A program made the translations under genes and the position numbers. This document shows positions 47,623 to 56,119 of a stretch of DNA of 64,000 bases, one piece after another. Source of the stretch: Chthoniobacterales bacterium (GTDB lineage: Bacteria > Verrucomicrobiota > Verrucomicrobiia > Chthoniobacterales > Chthoniobacteraceae); contig JBBQZX010000013.1 of the NCBI GenBank assembly GCA_038207335.1, positions 71,813 to 135,812 on the forward strand, read 5' to 3'. The notes under the pieces were generated by a model that was not told where the DNA came from, did not search any database, and saw only the letters and a program-made list of their open reading frames with translations. How positions within the stretch are numbered: position 1 is the first letter of the stretch; each line of letters begins with the position of its first letter.

Positions 47623-49644
47623 TTAGCGAGTGGACGCTGCTCCCATGACTCCGTTGTCGCGTTTGCCGGGATAGGTCAGGATCGGGGCGTCCTTTTCCAG
47701 CTCGTCGGGCGTATATTCGGGCGGCATCGGGGGCGGGATGGGCTTCTGGGCGCGGGCGGCAAACTCCTCGCCGAATTTCGCCAGGAAGCTTTGCGTCGGC
47801 CACGAGCAGGCTTCGCCAAAAGCACAGATCGTCTTGCCGGCGATGTTGTCGGCGACGTTTTTTAGCACTGCCGGGTCGCGCGAGACGCCGCCGCCGTCGA
47901 GCATCCGGTCGGTGATCTTTTTCATCCAAAGCGAACCCTCGCGGCAAGGGGTGCATTGGCCGCAGGACTCGTGGGCGTAGAATTCGTTGATATTATTCAG
48001 CGTCTCCACCATGTCGCGCGAGTCATCCATGACGATGACGCCGCCGGAGCCAGCCATCGATCCGCACGCGGCGAGGGTATCGAAGTCCATCGGGATGTCT
48101 TCCAGCGCGATCTCCATGTCCTTTACTTTGAACTTCTCGCCGGCGCGCAAGACCTTCGCCGATGAGCCTCCGGGGATCACGGCCTTCAGGGTGCGCCCGG
48201 CCTTCAGTCCTCCGCAAATGTCATTGATGAGTTCGCCCATCGTCACGCTGCCTACTTCCACTTCGTAGTAGCCCGGCTTTTGCACGTCGCCGCTCACGCA
48301 AAGGATGCGCGTTCCGGTGTTATTCGGACGCCCGATCTTGGCATACTCCGCGCCGCCCATCTTCACGATGTGCTTCACGTCGCACAGCGTCTCCACATTG
48401 TTTACGATCGTCGGGCATTGGTAGAGACCCAACACCGCAGGGAAGTAAGGCGGCTTGATGCGCGGGTAGGCGCGCTTGCCTTCGAGCGACTCGATGAGCC
48501 CCGTCTCCTCGCCGCAGATGTAGGCTCCCGCGCCGCGATGCACGTAGATTTCGCAGTCGAATCCCAGACCTAAGATGTTCTTTCCGAGAAAGTTGCGCGC
48601 GCGGGCTTCTGCGAGAGCTTTCTCCAGAATTTGCGCGCCTTCCGGGAACTCTCCGCGGATGTAGATGTAGGCCAGCTTCGCCCCGACCGCGAAGCATGAG
48701 ATAATCATCCCCTCGAGTAGCTGATGCGGGTCTTGGTGGATGATGTAGCGGTCTTTGAAAGTCCCCGGCTCCGACTCATCCGCGTTGCAAATGAGGTAGG
48801 TTGGCTTCAGCCCGCCGGGCTTGATGAACCCCCACTTCACGCCACACGGAAATCCCGCGCCGCCGCGCCCGCGCAAGCCACTCGCCTTCACCTCGCTCAC
48901 GATCTCATCGGGCTTCATCGCCAGCGCCTTCTTTAGTTCCGAGTATCCGCCATCATTGAGATAGGTCTCGATGTCGTTCTGCCACCCCTCGCGGTCGATG
49001 TTCTTGAAGACGACACGCTTCTCGCGCGGATGCGGCGCTTTCACCTGCGGCAGGATGGCATCCGACCGAGTGAGGCCTAGCAAAGCCGCCGCGTCCTTGA
49101 GTGCGATGTTCTCCTTGAGAAGGTCATTCACCATCGCGACCGGAGCCGAGCCGCAGCTCGCGAGGCATTCCACGAATTCGATCGAATACTTGCCATCCGG
49201 CGAGACACTCACCGGGTTGCCATGACCGGCATTGTGGACATCGGTGTGCGCCGCCTTATCCACGCCGTGAGAATGCCCGGCATCGCCAGCCTCACCTTCA
49301 TTCATCGCATGGCCTGTCGGCGGCGACGCGATCCCCGCGGCCTCTGCTATCGCGTCACGCAGCGCGTAGCTCCCAGCCATCGCGCAGGAGAGTGTGCGGC
49401 AGACGCGGATGTGCGTCTTTCCGGCCGGCACGCGGCGGAACATCGGGTAGAAAGTCACCAGCTCCAGCACATTGATCGGCTGCAGCTCGAGCTTCTGCGC
49501 GATCCAAGTCACCGCTTCATCCGAGACAAAGCCGAAGTGCTCCTGCCAAAGGTGCAGCAGCGGCAGCGACGCGCTCCTTTTCGACACGGGATAATGCGTG
49601 ATCGCCTCATCGATCTTCGATAACAGCTCGGCAGGAATCGTCAT
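47623..49644 (-). CDS. nuoF: Fused NADH-quinone oxidoreductase subunits E and F
   Basis: N-terminal NuoE (TFYPMF, CRTLSC, ECLASC) in frame with NuoF (GLRGRGGAGF, NADESEPG, YICGEET, ESCGQCTPCREG, TICAF). Confidence 0.93.
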   Translation of the reverse strand: MTIPAELLSKIDEAITHYPVSKRSASLPLLHLWQEHFGFVSDEAVTWIAQKLELQPINVLELVTFYPMFRRVPAGKTHIRVCRTLSCAMAGSYALRDAIAEAAGIASPPTGHAMNEGEAGDAGHSHGVDKAAHTDVHNAGHGNPVSVSPDGKYSIEFVECLASCGSAPVAMVNDLLKENIALKDAAALLGLTRSDAILPQVKAPHPREKRVVFKNIDREGWQNDIETYLNDGGYSELKKALAMKPDEIVSEVKASGLRGRGGAGFPCGVKWGFIKPGGLKPTYLICNADESEPGTFKDRYIIHQDPHQLLEGMIISCFAVGAKLAYIYIRGEFPEGAQILEKALAEARARNFLGKNILGLGFDCEIYVHRGAGAYICGEETGLIESLEGKRAYPRIKPPYFPAVLGLYQCPTIVNNVETLCDVKHIVKMGGAEYAKIGRPNNTGTRILCVSGDVQKPGYYEVEVGSVTMGELINDICGGLKAGRTLKAVIPGGSSAKVLRAGEKFKVKDMEIALEDIPMDFDTLAACGSMAGSGGVIVMDDSRDMVETLNNINEFYAHESCGQCTPCREGSLWMKKITDRMLDGGGVSRDPAVLKNVADNIAGKTICAFGEACSWPTQSFLAKFGEEFAARAQKPIPPPMPPEYTPDELEKDAPILTYPGKRDNGVMGAASTR

Positions 49645-50006
49645 GGCGCGGGAGTGGATTTCGTCGGCGGCTGCTCCGGCTTCGCGTCGAGATGCGACAC
49701 GCGGGAGATGAGCTTGTTGTCGAAAAAGTGAAGCTCAAGAGTCTCGCCATCCTGCTTGTAGTAGTAGCGAAGGACCTCAACCTCCTTCTTCTGAGTCTCG
49801 AGCGGCAAAATCTTCGTCTCGATGCGAGTCGGCTGGCCTAGGATCGACTCCACCTCTTTCGGGCTCACCGCGCCCTTGCCCGCACTCTCCGCCGCCTGAA
49901 ACTCAGTATTCACCACATCGATGTTGGCATTCGTGATGCGTGGTCCGCAGGCCGATAGGGCGGCGGAAAAGCTGATGACGAGAAGGCTGAGGGCCATTGT
50001 GCGCAC
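49641..50006 (-). CDS. Small hypothetical lipoprotein
   Basis: Lipobox LSAC; SPKEVESILGQP motif reminiscent of BamE/DUF3862-like folds; ATGA overlap with nuoE/F. Confidence 0.7.
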   Translation of the reverse strand: MRTMALSLLVISFSAALSACGPRITNANIDVVNTEFQAAESAGKGAVSPKEVESILGQPTRIETKILPLETQKKEVEVLRYYYKQDGETLELHFFDNKLISRVSHLDAKPEQPPTKSTPAP

Positions 50007-50054
50007 GTTGGGAGGCGGAGAATCCCTGCACCAGCAAAACGGCGCAAGGCCAAT

Positions 50055-50072
50055 TTGTGAAAAATTTCACAA
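50055..50072. promoter_or_regulatory. Rex-type operator TTGTGAA-N4-TTCACAA
   Basis: TTGTGAAAAATTTCACAA; 8-bp perfect arms, AT-rich island upstream of the nuo block. Confidence 0.78.
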
Positions 50073-50102
50073 GCCCTCTTGGCGAAATGCGAAAATCGCA
50101 AT

Positions 50103-51740
50103 TCACTGGCCTTGGCGGGCGAGCGTGGCGGCGCGTCTATACTGAGCTCGGAAGCGGTCGGCGAGTTGTTTGGCGAGTTGGACTTCGGTGATCTTTTTGC
50201 CGGAGAGCGCGTCTTTTATCGGGCCGGATGCGGCGTCGTAATCGACGGCGCTGACGTCGGTGAAGACGGCCATGGCGTCGGGGGGGAAGTGGGCGGCGGC
50301 GAGGGCGCGCCATGAGTCGGCGAGTTCGTCGTGGGTGTCGATGCACATGACGCGAAAGATGAATGCGATGGGGCGGAAGAGCGGGCCGGTCCACTTTTCG
50401 TGGTAGGTGAACGTGCGGGCGAGTTCGTAGGGGTTCACGCCGGGGTCGCTGCGGAGGGAGGCGAAATCGTCGGCGTAAAGAGTGGGCAGGATGGGGAGGC
50501 GGCGGAGGGCGTAGTGCTCGGGGCCGCCGGGGGTGCCGGGCTTCCAATTCCAGAGGCGCTGGCCCTCGGGGGAGAGGACGAAGGCGATGAATGCGCGGGC
50601 GACTTCGGGATGGGGTGCGCCGCGGAAGAGGCCGATGGGATCGACGCCGACGCTGGTGCCGCCGATGGCGTTTTCGTAGATCATGGGCGAGGTGCCGTCG
50701 GGGCGGTGCATGGACTCGGCCTGGAAGCGGGCGTAGAAGTCAATGCTCATGCCGGCGGCAGCTTCGCCAGAGCCGACGTCGAGGGCGATCTTCGTGGAGG
50801 CGTCGGTGAAGTATCGGGCGTTGGCGCCGATCTTCATAAGGAGCTGCATGGCGCGTGTCCAGCCGTCGCGGATTTGGCGGGCTTCGGCTTCGGCACGGAG
50901 CTTTGGGAGGGCGGTGGTGGCGCTATTTTCTAAGATGACGGCGTCGTGCTGCGCTTCCTGCATTTGCTGCTGGATGAGCATCTCGAAGGCTTTGTTGACG
51001 GAGCTGCTTTGGGTGGGATTGGCGAGGGCGATTTCGCCGAGGTATCGCGGGTCGGCGAGGTCGCTCCAGTGCGCAGGCGGGGCGGCGATGCCGACCCGAT
51101 GGAGGGCGTCGGTATTCGAGCAGATGCCGAATGAGGAGACGACGGTGCCGATCCAGCGGCCCTGCGGGTCCCAGAAGGGCTCGCCGCTGACGCTCTGCGG
51201 GATCATGGCATCGTTGAAGATCTCCGGATTCGCGGCGATGAAACCGCTGTCCACGAGGTATCCGGCGCTGGCCTGCGACTGGAAATCGTAGGCGCCCCCG
51301 CCGAAGAAGAGGTCGATGCCGCAGCCGACGTCGGAGGCTAGAAAGGCGCGCCGGGCGGCTTGCTCGGGGGTGTCGTCGGCGGGCGCGGCGGGGAGGGGGA
51401 GCTTGGCGTTTGAAAAACCGCGCTCGATGTTGGAACTCCAGTCGCGGCCGAGGGTGCGGGTCCAGTAGTCGCGGAATGAGGCGACGAATTCGCTGGCGGT
51501 GTAGCGAGTGATCTCGCTAGTGCCGCCGGGAGTGCGGAAATCGACGGCGACGCGCTGGCCGGTCTCTGCGAAATAGTGCGCGGCGAATGCGCGGCCAAAT
51601 TCGTAGCGGATGGATTCGTTGTGCGGGGTGACGATGACGACGGTCTGCGTGGCATCGGCGGGAGCGTCGTGTTTTCCGCGGAAAATAATCGGCGCAACAA
51701 CGACTGCGACGAGCGTGAAAAGAAGCAGGAAATTCTTCAC
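50103..51740 (-). CDS. ABC transporter substrate-binding protein (Fe3+/AfuA-like family)
   Basis: N-terminal anchor, TPHNE, DLFFGGG, WSDL.DP...I.LANPTQSSS, ARAFIAFVLSPEGQ. Confidence 0.83.
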   Translation of the reverse strand: MKNFLLLFTLVAVVVAPIIFRGKHDAPADATQTVVIVTPHNESIRYEFGRAFAAHYFAETGQRVAVDFRTPGGTSEITRYTASEFVASFRDYWTRTLGRDWSSNIERGFSNAKLPLPAAPADDTPEQAARRAFLASDVGCGIDLFFGGGAYDFQSQASAGYLVDSGFIAANPEIFNDAMIPQSVSGEPFWDPQGRWIGTVVSSFGICSNTDALHRVGIAAPPAHWSDLADPRYLGEIALANPTQSSSVNKAFEMLIQQQMQEAQHDAVILENSATTALPKLRAEAEARQIRDGWTRAMQLLMKIGANARYFTDASTKIALDVGSGEAAAGMSIDFYARFQAESMHRPDGTSPMIYENAIGGTSVGVDPIGLFRGAPHPEVARAFIAFVLSPEGQRLWNWKPGTPGGPEHYALRRLPILPTLYADDFASLRSDPGVNPYELARTFTYHEKWTGPLFRPIAFIFRVMCIDTHDELADSWRALAAAHFPPDAMAVFTDVSAVDYDAASGPIKDALSGKKITEVQLAKQLADRFRAQYRRAATLARQGQ

Positions 51741-51752
51741 GACGCGATGGGA

Positions 51753-52817
51753 TCAGCGCGGAAGGATGACGACATCGCGGGGATCGACGGCGGCGAAAAG
51801 CGTGCGCTCTTCCGAGCTGTCGAGGAAGCGCGGATTGAGCTCGTAGATGCTGATTTCATGCGGGCCGGCGGCGAATCGATACTGCGCCATTTCGCCGAGA
51901 TAGACGCGCTCGGAGATGTGACCGGAGAGGACGTTGAAGCCGCGCTTTTCCTCGGAGATGCGCCAGCTCTCGGGGCGGATGGAAAGGGTGCAGCGGTCGC
52001 CGGGCTGCCAGCGGTGCGCGGTGCCGGTGGCGTGGAAATTGCCGAGCGCGGTGGTGACGATGAGCGCGTCGTCGGCGCTGTCGGTCACGGTGGCGTCGAT
52101 GAAATTGCTCTCGCCCATGAAGTCGGCGACGAAGCGCGATCCGGGGCGGCGATACAGCTCGGCGGGCGTGCCGATTTGGCGGATGCGGCCAGTCTGCAAA
52201 ATGGCCATGCGGTCGGCGACGGAGAGCGCTTCTTTCTGGTCGTGCGTGACGTAGATCGCGGTGAGGCCGGACTCTTTGCAGATGCGACGAATTTCGCCGC
52301 GCATCTCGAGGCGGAGCTTGGCGTCGAGATTGGACAGCGGTTCATCGAGGAGCAGAAAACGCGGACGGATGACGAGCGCGCGGGCGAGGGCGACGCGCTG
52401 CTGTTGTCCGCCGGAAAGCTGATGGATGCTGCGTTCGCCGAGCTCGGCCATGCGCACGGAGCCGAGCGCGGCGGCGACTCGCGCGTCGATTTCGGTACGC
52501 GGCACGCGGCGCTCCTCGAGGCCGAAGGCGACGTTTTTCGCGACGCTGAGGTGAGGCCAGAGCGCGTAACTTTGAAACATCATCCCGGTCTCGCGCCGAT
52601 GCGGCGGGACTCGCGTGACGTCTTCGTCGCCGAACAAAATGCGGCCTTCCTCCGGCAGGAGAAAACCGGCGATGCAGCGCAGGAGCGTGGTCTTCCCGCA
52701 GCCGCTCGGGCCGAGGAGAAAAAAGATTTCGCCGGGCTCGATGCGGAGATCGACGCGATCAAGCGCGAGCGTCGGGCCGAAGCGCTTGGTGAGATTTTCG
52801 ATCGTGAGCGAGGTCAT
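51753..52817 (-). CDS. ABC transporter ATP-binding protein (FbpC/PotA-like, TOBE domain)
   Basis: GPSGCGKTT, FQSYALWPH, LSGGQQQR, DEPLSNLD, VTHDQ. Confidence 0.92.
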   Translation of the reverse strand: MTSLTIENLTKRFGPTLALDRVDLRIEPGEIFFLLGPSGCGKTTLLRCIAGFLLPEEGRILFGDEDVTRVPPHRRETGMMFQSYALWPHLSVAKNVAFGLEERRVPRTEIDARVAAALGSVRMAELGERSIHQLSGGQQQRVALARALVIRPRFLLLDEPLSNLDAKLRLEMRGEIRRICKESGLTAIYVTHDQKEALSVADRMAILQTGRIRQIGTPAELYRRPGSRFVADFMGESNFIDATVTDSADDALIVTTALGNFHATGTAHRWQPGDRCTLSIRPESWRISEEKRGFNVLSGHISERVYLGEMAQYRFAAGPHEISIYELNPRFLDSSEERTLFAAVDPRDVVILPR

Positions 52818-52910
52818 GCGCGGCGCCGTTTCTCGACGGTCGGCGCGCTGCGGGAAAGGACAGAAATTTCCTCGCGGACGGCGGGGCGGCACAGCTATCT
52901 ACGTGCACCC

Positions 52911-54113
52911 ATGATACGTCGAGACTACCTCATCGTCGGCGCCGGCGTCGGCGGAGCCAGTGTGTGCGAGGGCATCCGCGAGCATGACAAAAAGGGGACG
53001 ATCATGATGGTCGGCAATGAGACGGTGCCGCCGTATCGGCGGCCGATGCTGATCAAATCGTGCCTCGGGAAATCGTCGCCGGCGCTGGAGAAATTTCAGC
53101 ACACGGACTGCGCGCATTTGGAGAAGAGCAAAGTCGATCTGCGGCTGGAGACGATCGTGACGCAGTTCAATCTGGAGCGGCGGATCGCAGTGCTCGGGAC
53201 GGGGCAGGCGGTGGAATTTCGCAAGGCGTGTCTCGCGACGGGGAGCCGCGCGCGGAAGCCGCAAGTCGCGGGCGCAAATCTCGGGAATGTCTTTTATCTG
53301 CGGTCGCTGCGGGACGTGCTCGCGCTGCGCGAGACGGCGGAGACGGATCACAATATGGTCGTGGTCGGCGGTGGCTGCATCGCGGCAGAAATCGCGGCGG
53401 TGCTGTCGGCGATTCCGAAGGCGAACGTGTCAGTGATTCATCGCGGCAAATCGATCTGGAATCGTACGCTCGACGAGGAGACTGCGGCGTGGCTGACGGC
53501 GCAATTTTCGGCGCACGGCGTGAAGATGCTGATGGGCGAAACGTTGAATGGATTCGAGGGGCGCACGGCGCTGAAAAATGTGCAGACGAAGAGTGGGCAG
53601 CGATACCCGGCGGGGCTCGCGGTGGTGGCGATCGGCGTGGAGATGAATCTCGGACTCGTGGCGAATACGCCGCTGAGCTATCCGCACGGGACGCCGGTGA
53701 GCGAGTATCTGGAGACGGATGAAAAGGGCATCTTCGCGGTGGGTGACATCGCGGCGTATCCCGACAAAATCCTCGGCGGCGTGCGGCGGGTGGATCATGT
53801 GGAGTGCGCGATCGCGCAGGGGCACATCGCGGGCGCGAACATGACGGGGAAGAAGCGGCAGAAGTTCGAGTGGGTGCCGCATCGGAGTTCGACGCTGTTC
53901 GATTTGCGGTTCGATTTCGTGGGGGATTTCTCGCGTCCGGCGGGACGAGTGGAGATCGAAGGAGATCGCGCTAAAAAGAAATTCGTGGTGCGGCATTTTC
54001 ACGGCACGACGCTACTGGGCATGGTGCTGTGCAATCAGTCGGCGGAGAAAGTGGAGGCGGCGAAAGGTGAGGTGCGGTGCGCGCCGCGGGAGATGAGAAA
54101 GCACGTTCCGTAG
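52911..54113 (+). CDS. FAD/NAD(P)-dependent oxidoreductase (ferredoxin-reductase-like)
   Basis: IVGAGVGG, PYRRP, LATGS, VVGGGCIAAE, AVGDIA. Confidence 0.87.
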   Translation: MIRRDYLIVGAGVGGASVCEGIREHDKKGTIMMVGNETVPPYRRPMLIKSCLGKSSPALEKFQHTDCAHLEKSKVDLRLETIVTQFNLERRIAVLGTGQAVEFRKACLATGSRARKPQVAGANLGNVFYLRSLRDVLALRETAETDHNMVVVGGGCIAAEIAAVLSAIPKANVSVIHRGKSIWNRTLDEETAAWLTAQFSAHGVKMLMGETLNGFEGRTALKNVQTKSGQRYPAGLAVVAIGVEMNLGLVANTPLSYPHGTPVSEYLETDEKGIFAVGDIAAYPDKILGGVRRVDHVECAIAQGHIAGANMTGKKRQKFEWVPHRSSTLFDLRFDFVGDFSRPAGRVEIEGDRAKKKFVVRHFHGTTLLGMVLCNQSAEKVEAAKGEVRCAPREMRKHVP

Positions 54114-54179
54114 TCCGACCCGGCGGTTTGCTTGCCAACGCTGCCGCTTGAGCCGTGAATGCGCGGCCCCATTGAATTT

Positions 54180-55199
54180 ATGTCAAACGCCACACTTTCC
54201 TCCCCGCTCCCGAAAGACGATGTCGCCGCGATCGACGAACTCCGCGAAGTCTATGGCCGGCTCGGCGGTGAGTTAAAAAAGATCATCGTCGGGCAGGACA
54301 AAGTCGTGGAGCAGCTCGCGATTTGCCTTTTCGCGCGTGGCCATGCGCTGCTCATGGGCGTGCCGGGGCTCGCGAAAACACTGCTCATTTCGCGCCTCGC
54401 TGAGACGATGTCTCTGAGCTTCAGCCGCATTCAATTCACGCCCGACCTCATGCCGATGGACATCACCGGCACCGACATTTTGCAGGAACTGCCGGGCGGA
54501 AAACGCGCGTTCGAATTCGCGAAAGGGCCGGTCTTTGCGAACATCGTGCTCGCCGACGAGATCAACCGTGCGCCCGCCAAAACACAGGCTGCGATGCTCG
54601 AGGCGATGCAGGAACATCGTGTCACCGTCGCGGGCCGCACGTATCCGCTCGACGCGCCATTCTTCGTCCTCGCGACGCAAAATCCGATCGAGCAGGAGGG
54701 GACTTATCCGCTGCCCGAGGCGCAGCTCGACCGGTTCATGTTCATGATCGGTGTTGATTATCCGTCGCGCGCCGAGGAGATCGCAATCGCCCGCCAAACC
54801 ACTGGCATGGCTCTTCCGCAGCTCGAGCACATTTTGCATGGGGAGAAAGTGCTGGCGTTTCAGGACCTCGTCCGACGTGTGCCGGTGCCGGATCATTTGT
54901 ATGAATTTGCGGTCGATCTCGTCCGCCGCACGCGCCCGCTGAGCAGCGAATCTCCCGCCTGGCTGAAGCCGCTCGTGAGCTGGGGCGCGGGGCCACGCGC
55001 GGTGCAATATCTCATCCTCGGAGCGAAAGCGCGTGCCGCGCTGCTGGGGAGCTACGTCGTGCGACTGGAGGACATCATGGAGGTCGCGGATCCGGTGCTG
55101 CGGCACCGCGTGATGACGACGTTCACGGCCGAGAGCGAGGGCGTGACGAGCCGGGATTTGACGAAGCGACTCGTCGAGGAGTTGAGTAAAGCGGCCTGA
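54180..55199 (+). CDS. MoxR-family AAA+ ATPase
   Basis: IVGQ, GVPGLAKT, RIQFTPDLMP, LADEINR, ATQNPIEQEGTYPLPEAQLDRF. Confidence 0.95.
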   Translation: MSNATLSSPLPKDDVAAIDELREVYGRLGGELKKIIVGQDKVVEQLAICLFARGHALLMGVPGLAKTLLISRLAETMSLSFSRIQFTPDLMPMDITGTDILQELPGGKRAFEFAKGPVFANIVLADEINRAPAKTQAAMLEAMQEHRVTVAGRTYPLDAPFFVLATQNPIEQEGTYPLPEAQLDRFMFMIGVDYPSRAEEIAIARQTTGMALPQLEHILHGEKVLAFQDLVRRVPVPDHLYEFAVDLVRRTRPLSSESPAWLKPLVSWGAGPRAVQYLILGAKARAALLGSYVVRLEDIMEVADPVLRHRVMTTFTAESEGVTSRDLTKRLVEELSKAA

Positions 55200-55216
55200 T
55201 TTCACCTCGCTGAAAC

Positions 55217-56119
55217 GTGGCAGGGGACAAACGCTCTTTCCTTGATCCAGCGGTGCTCGGACGACTGATGGCGCTGCCGCTACACGCCCGACACGCGATG
55301 CTCGGGAGCGTCTCCGGCAAGCATCGCAGCCCGGTGCGCGGGTCATCGCTGGAGTTTGCGCAGTATCGAAAATACGTGCCTGGCGACGATACGCGGCGGC
55401 TCGATTGGCGGACCTGGGGACGCAGTGATCGCTTCTATATTAAGGAGTTCGAAGCCGACACGAACCTGCGGCTTTGCCTGCTCATCGACGCGAGCGGGTC
55501 GATGGATTTCGGGCCGAAAGCCGCGACGCGTCTCGACTACGCGCGCAAGCTCGCGGGCACACTCGCCTACCTCGGCGCGCAGCAGGGCGATGCGGTCGGG
55601 CTGTGGAGCGTGGCGCAGACGGCGGTGGAGATTCCGCCGAAGCGTGGGGCGACTCATCTCGGGCTCGTGCTCGATCAAATGGCGGGCATCCAGCCGGTCG
55701 GCGGGACGACGCTGCTGAGCGCGCTGCACGATGCGGCGGAGAAGATTCGGCAGCGCGCGCTCGTCGTCATTTTGTCCGATCTTTTCGTCGCGCCGGCGGA
55801 GCTGAAATCGGCGATCCAGCATCTGCGTTTTCGCAAGCACGATGTCTGCGCGTTTCATCTGCTCGATCAAACGGAACTCGATTTCGACTTCGACCGCCCG
55901 GCGCGATTCATCGACATGGAGGGCGGCGAAGCGGTTCTCGCGGACCCTTCGCTCATCGCGCGAAATTATCGCGAAGCCGTCCGCATTTATCTCGCTGAGC
56001 TGGACGAAGTCGTGCGCACGACCGGCGTCGATTATCACCGGGTGAAACTACACGAGCGCTACGACGACGTGCTCGTGCGCTTCCTGCTGGGGCGCACTCC
56101 GAAACGCTCCGCACGATGA
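55217..56119 (+). CDS. DUF58 domain protein (vWA-like)
   Basis: G.H.S..RG.S.EF..YR.Y.PGDD.R.LDW, DASGSM, LSD. Confidence 0.92.
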   Translation: MAGDKRSFLDPAVLGRLMALPLHARHAMLGSVSGKHRSPVRGSSLEFAQYRKYVPGDDTRRLDWRTWGRSDRFYIKEFEADTNLRLCLLIDASGSMDFGPKAATRLDYARKLAGTLAYLGAQQGDAVGLWSVAQTAVEIPPKRGATHLGLVLDQMAGIQPVGGTTLLSALHDAAEKIRQRALVVILSDLFVAPAELKSAIQHLRFRKHDVCAFHLLDQTELDFDFDRPARFIDMEGGEAVLADPSLIARNYREAVRIYLAELDEVVRTTGVDYHRVKLHERYDDVLVRFLLGRTPKRSAR

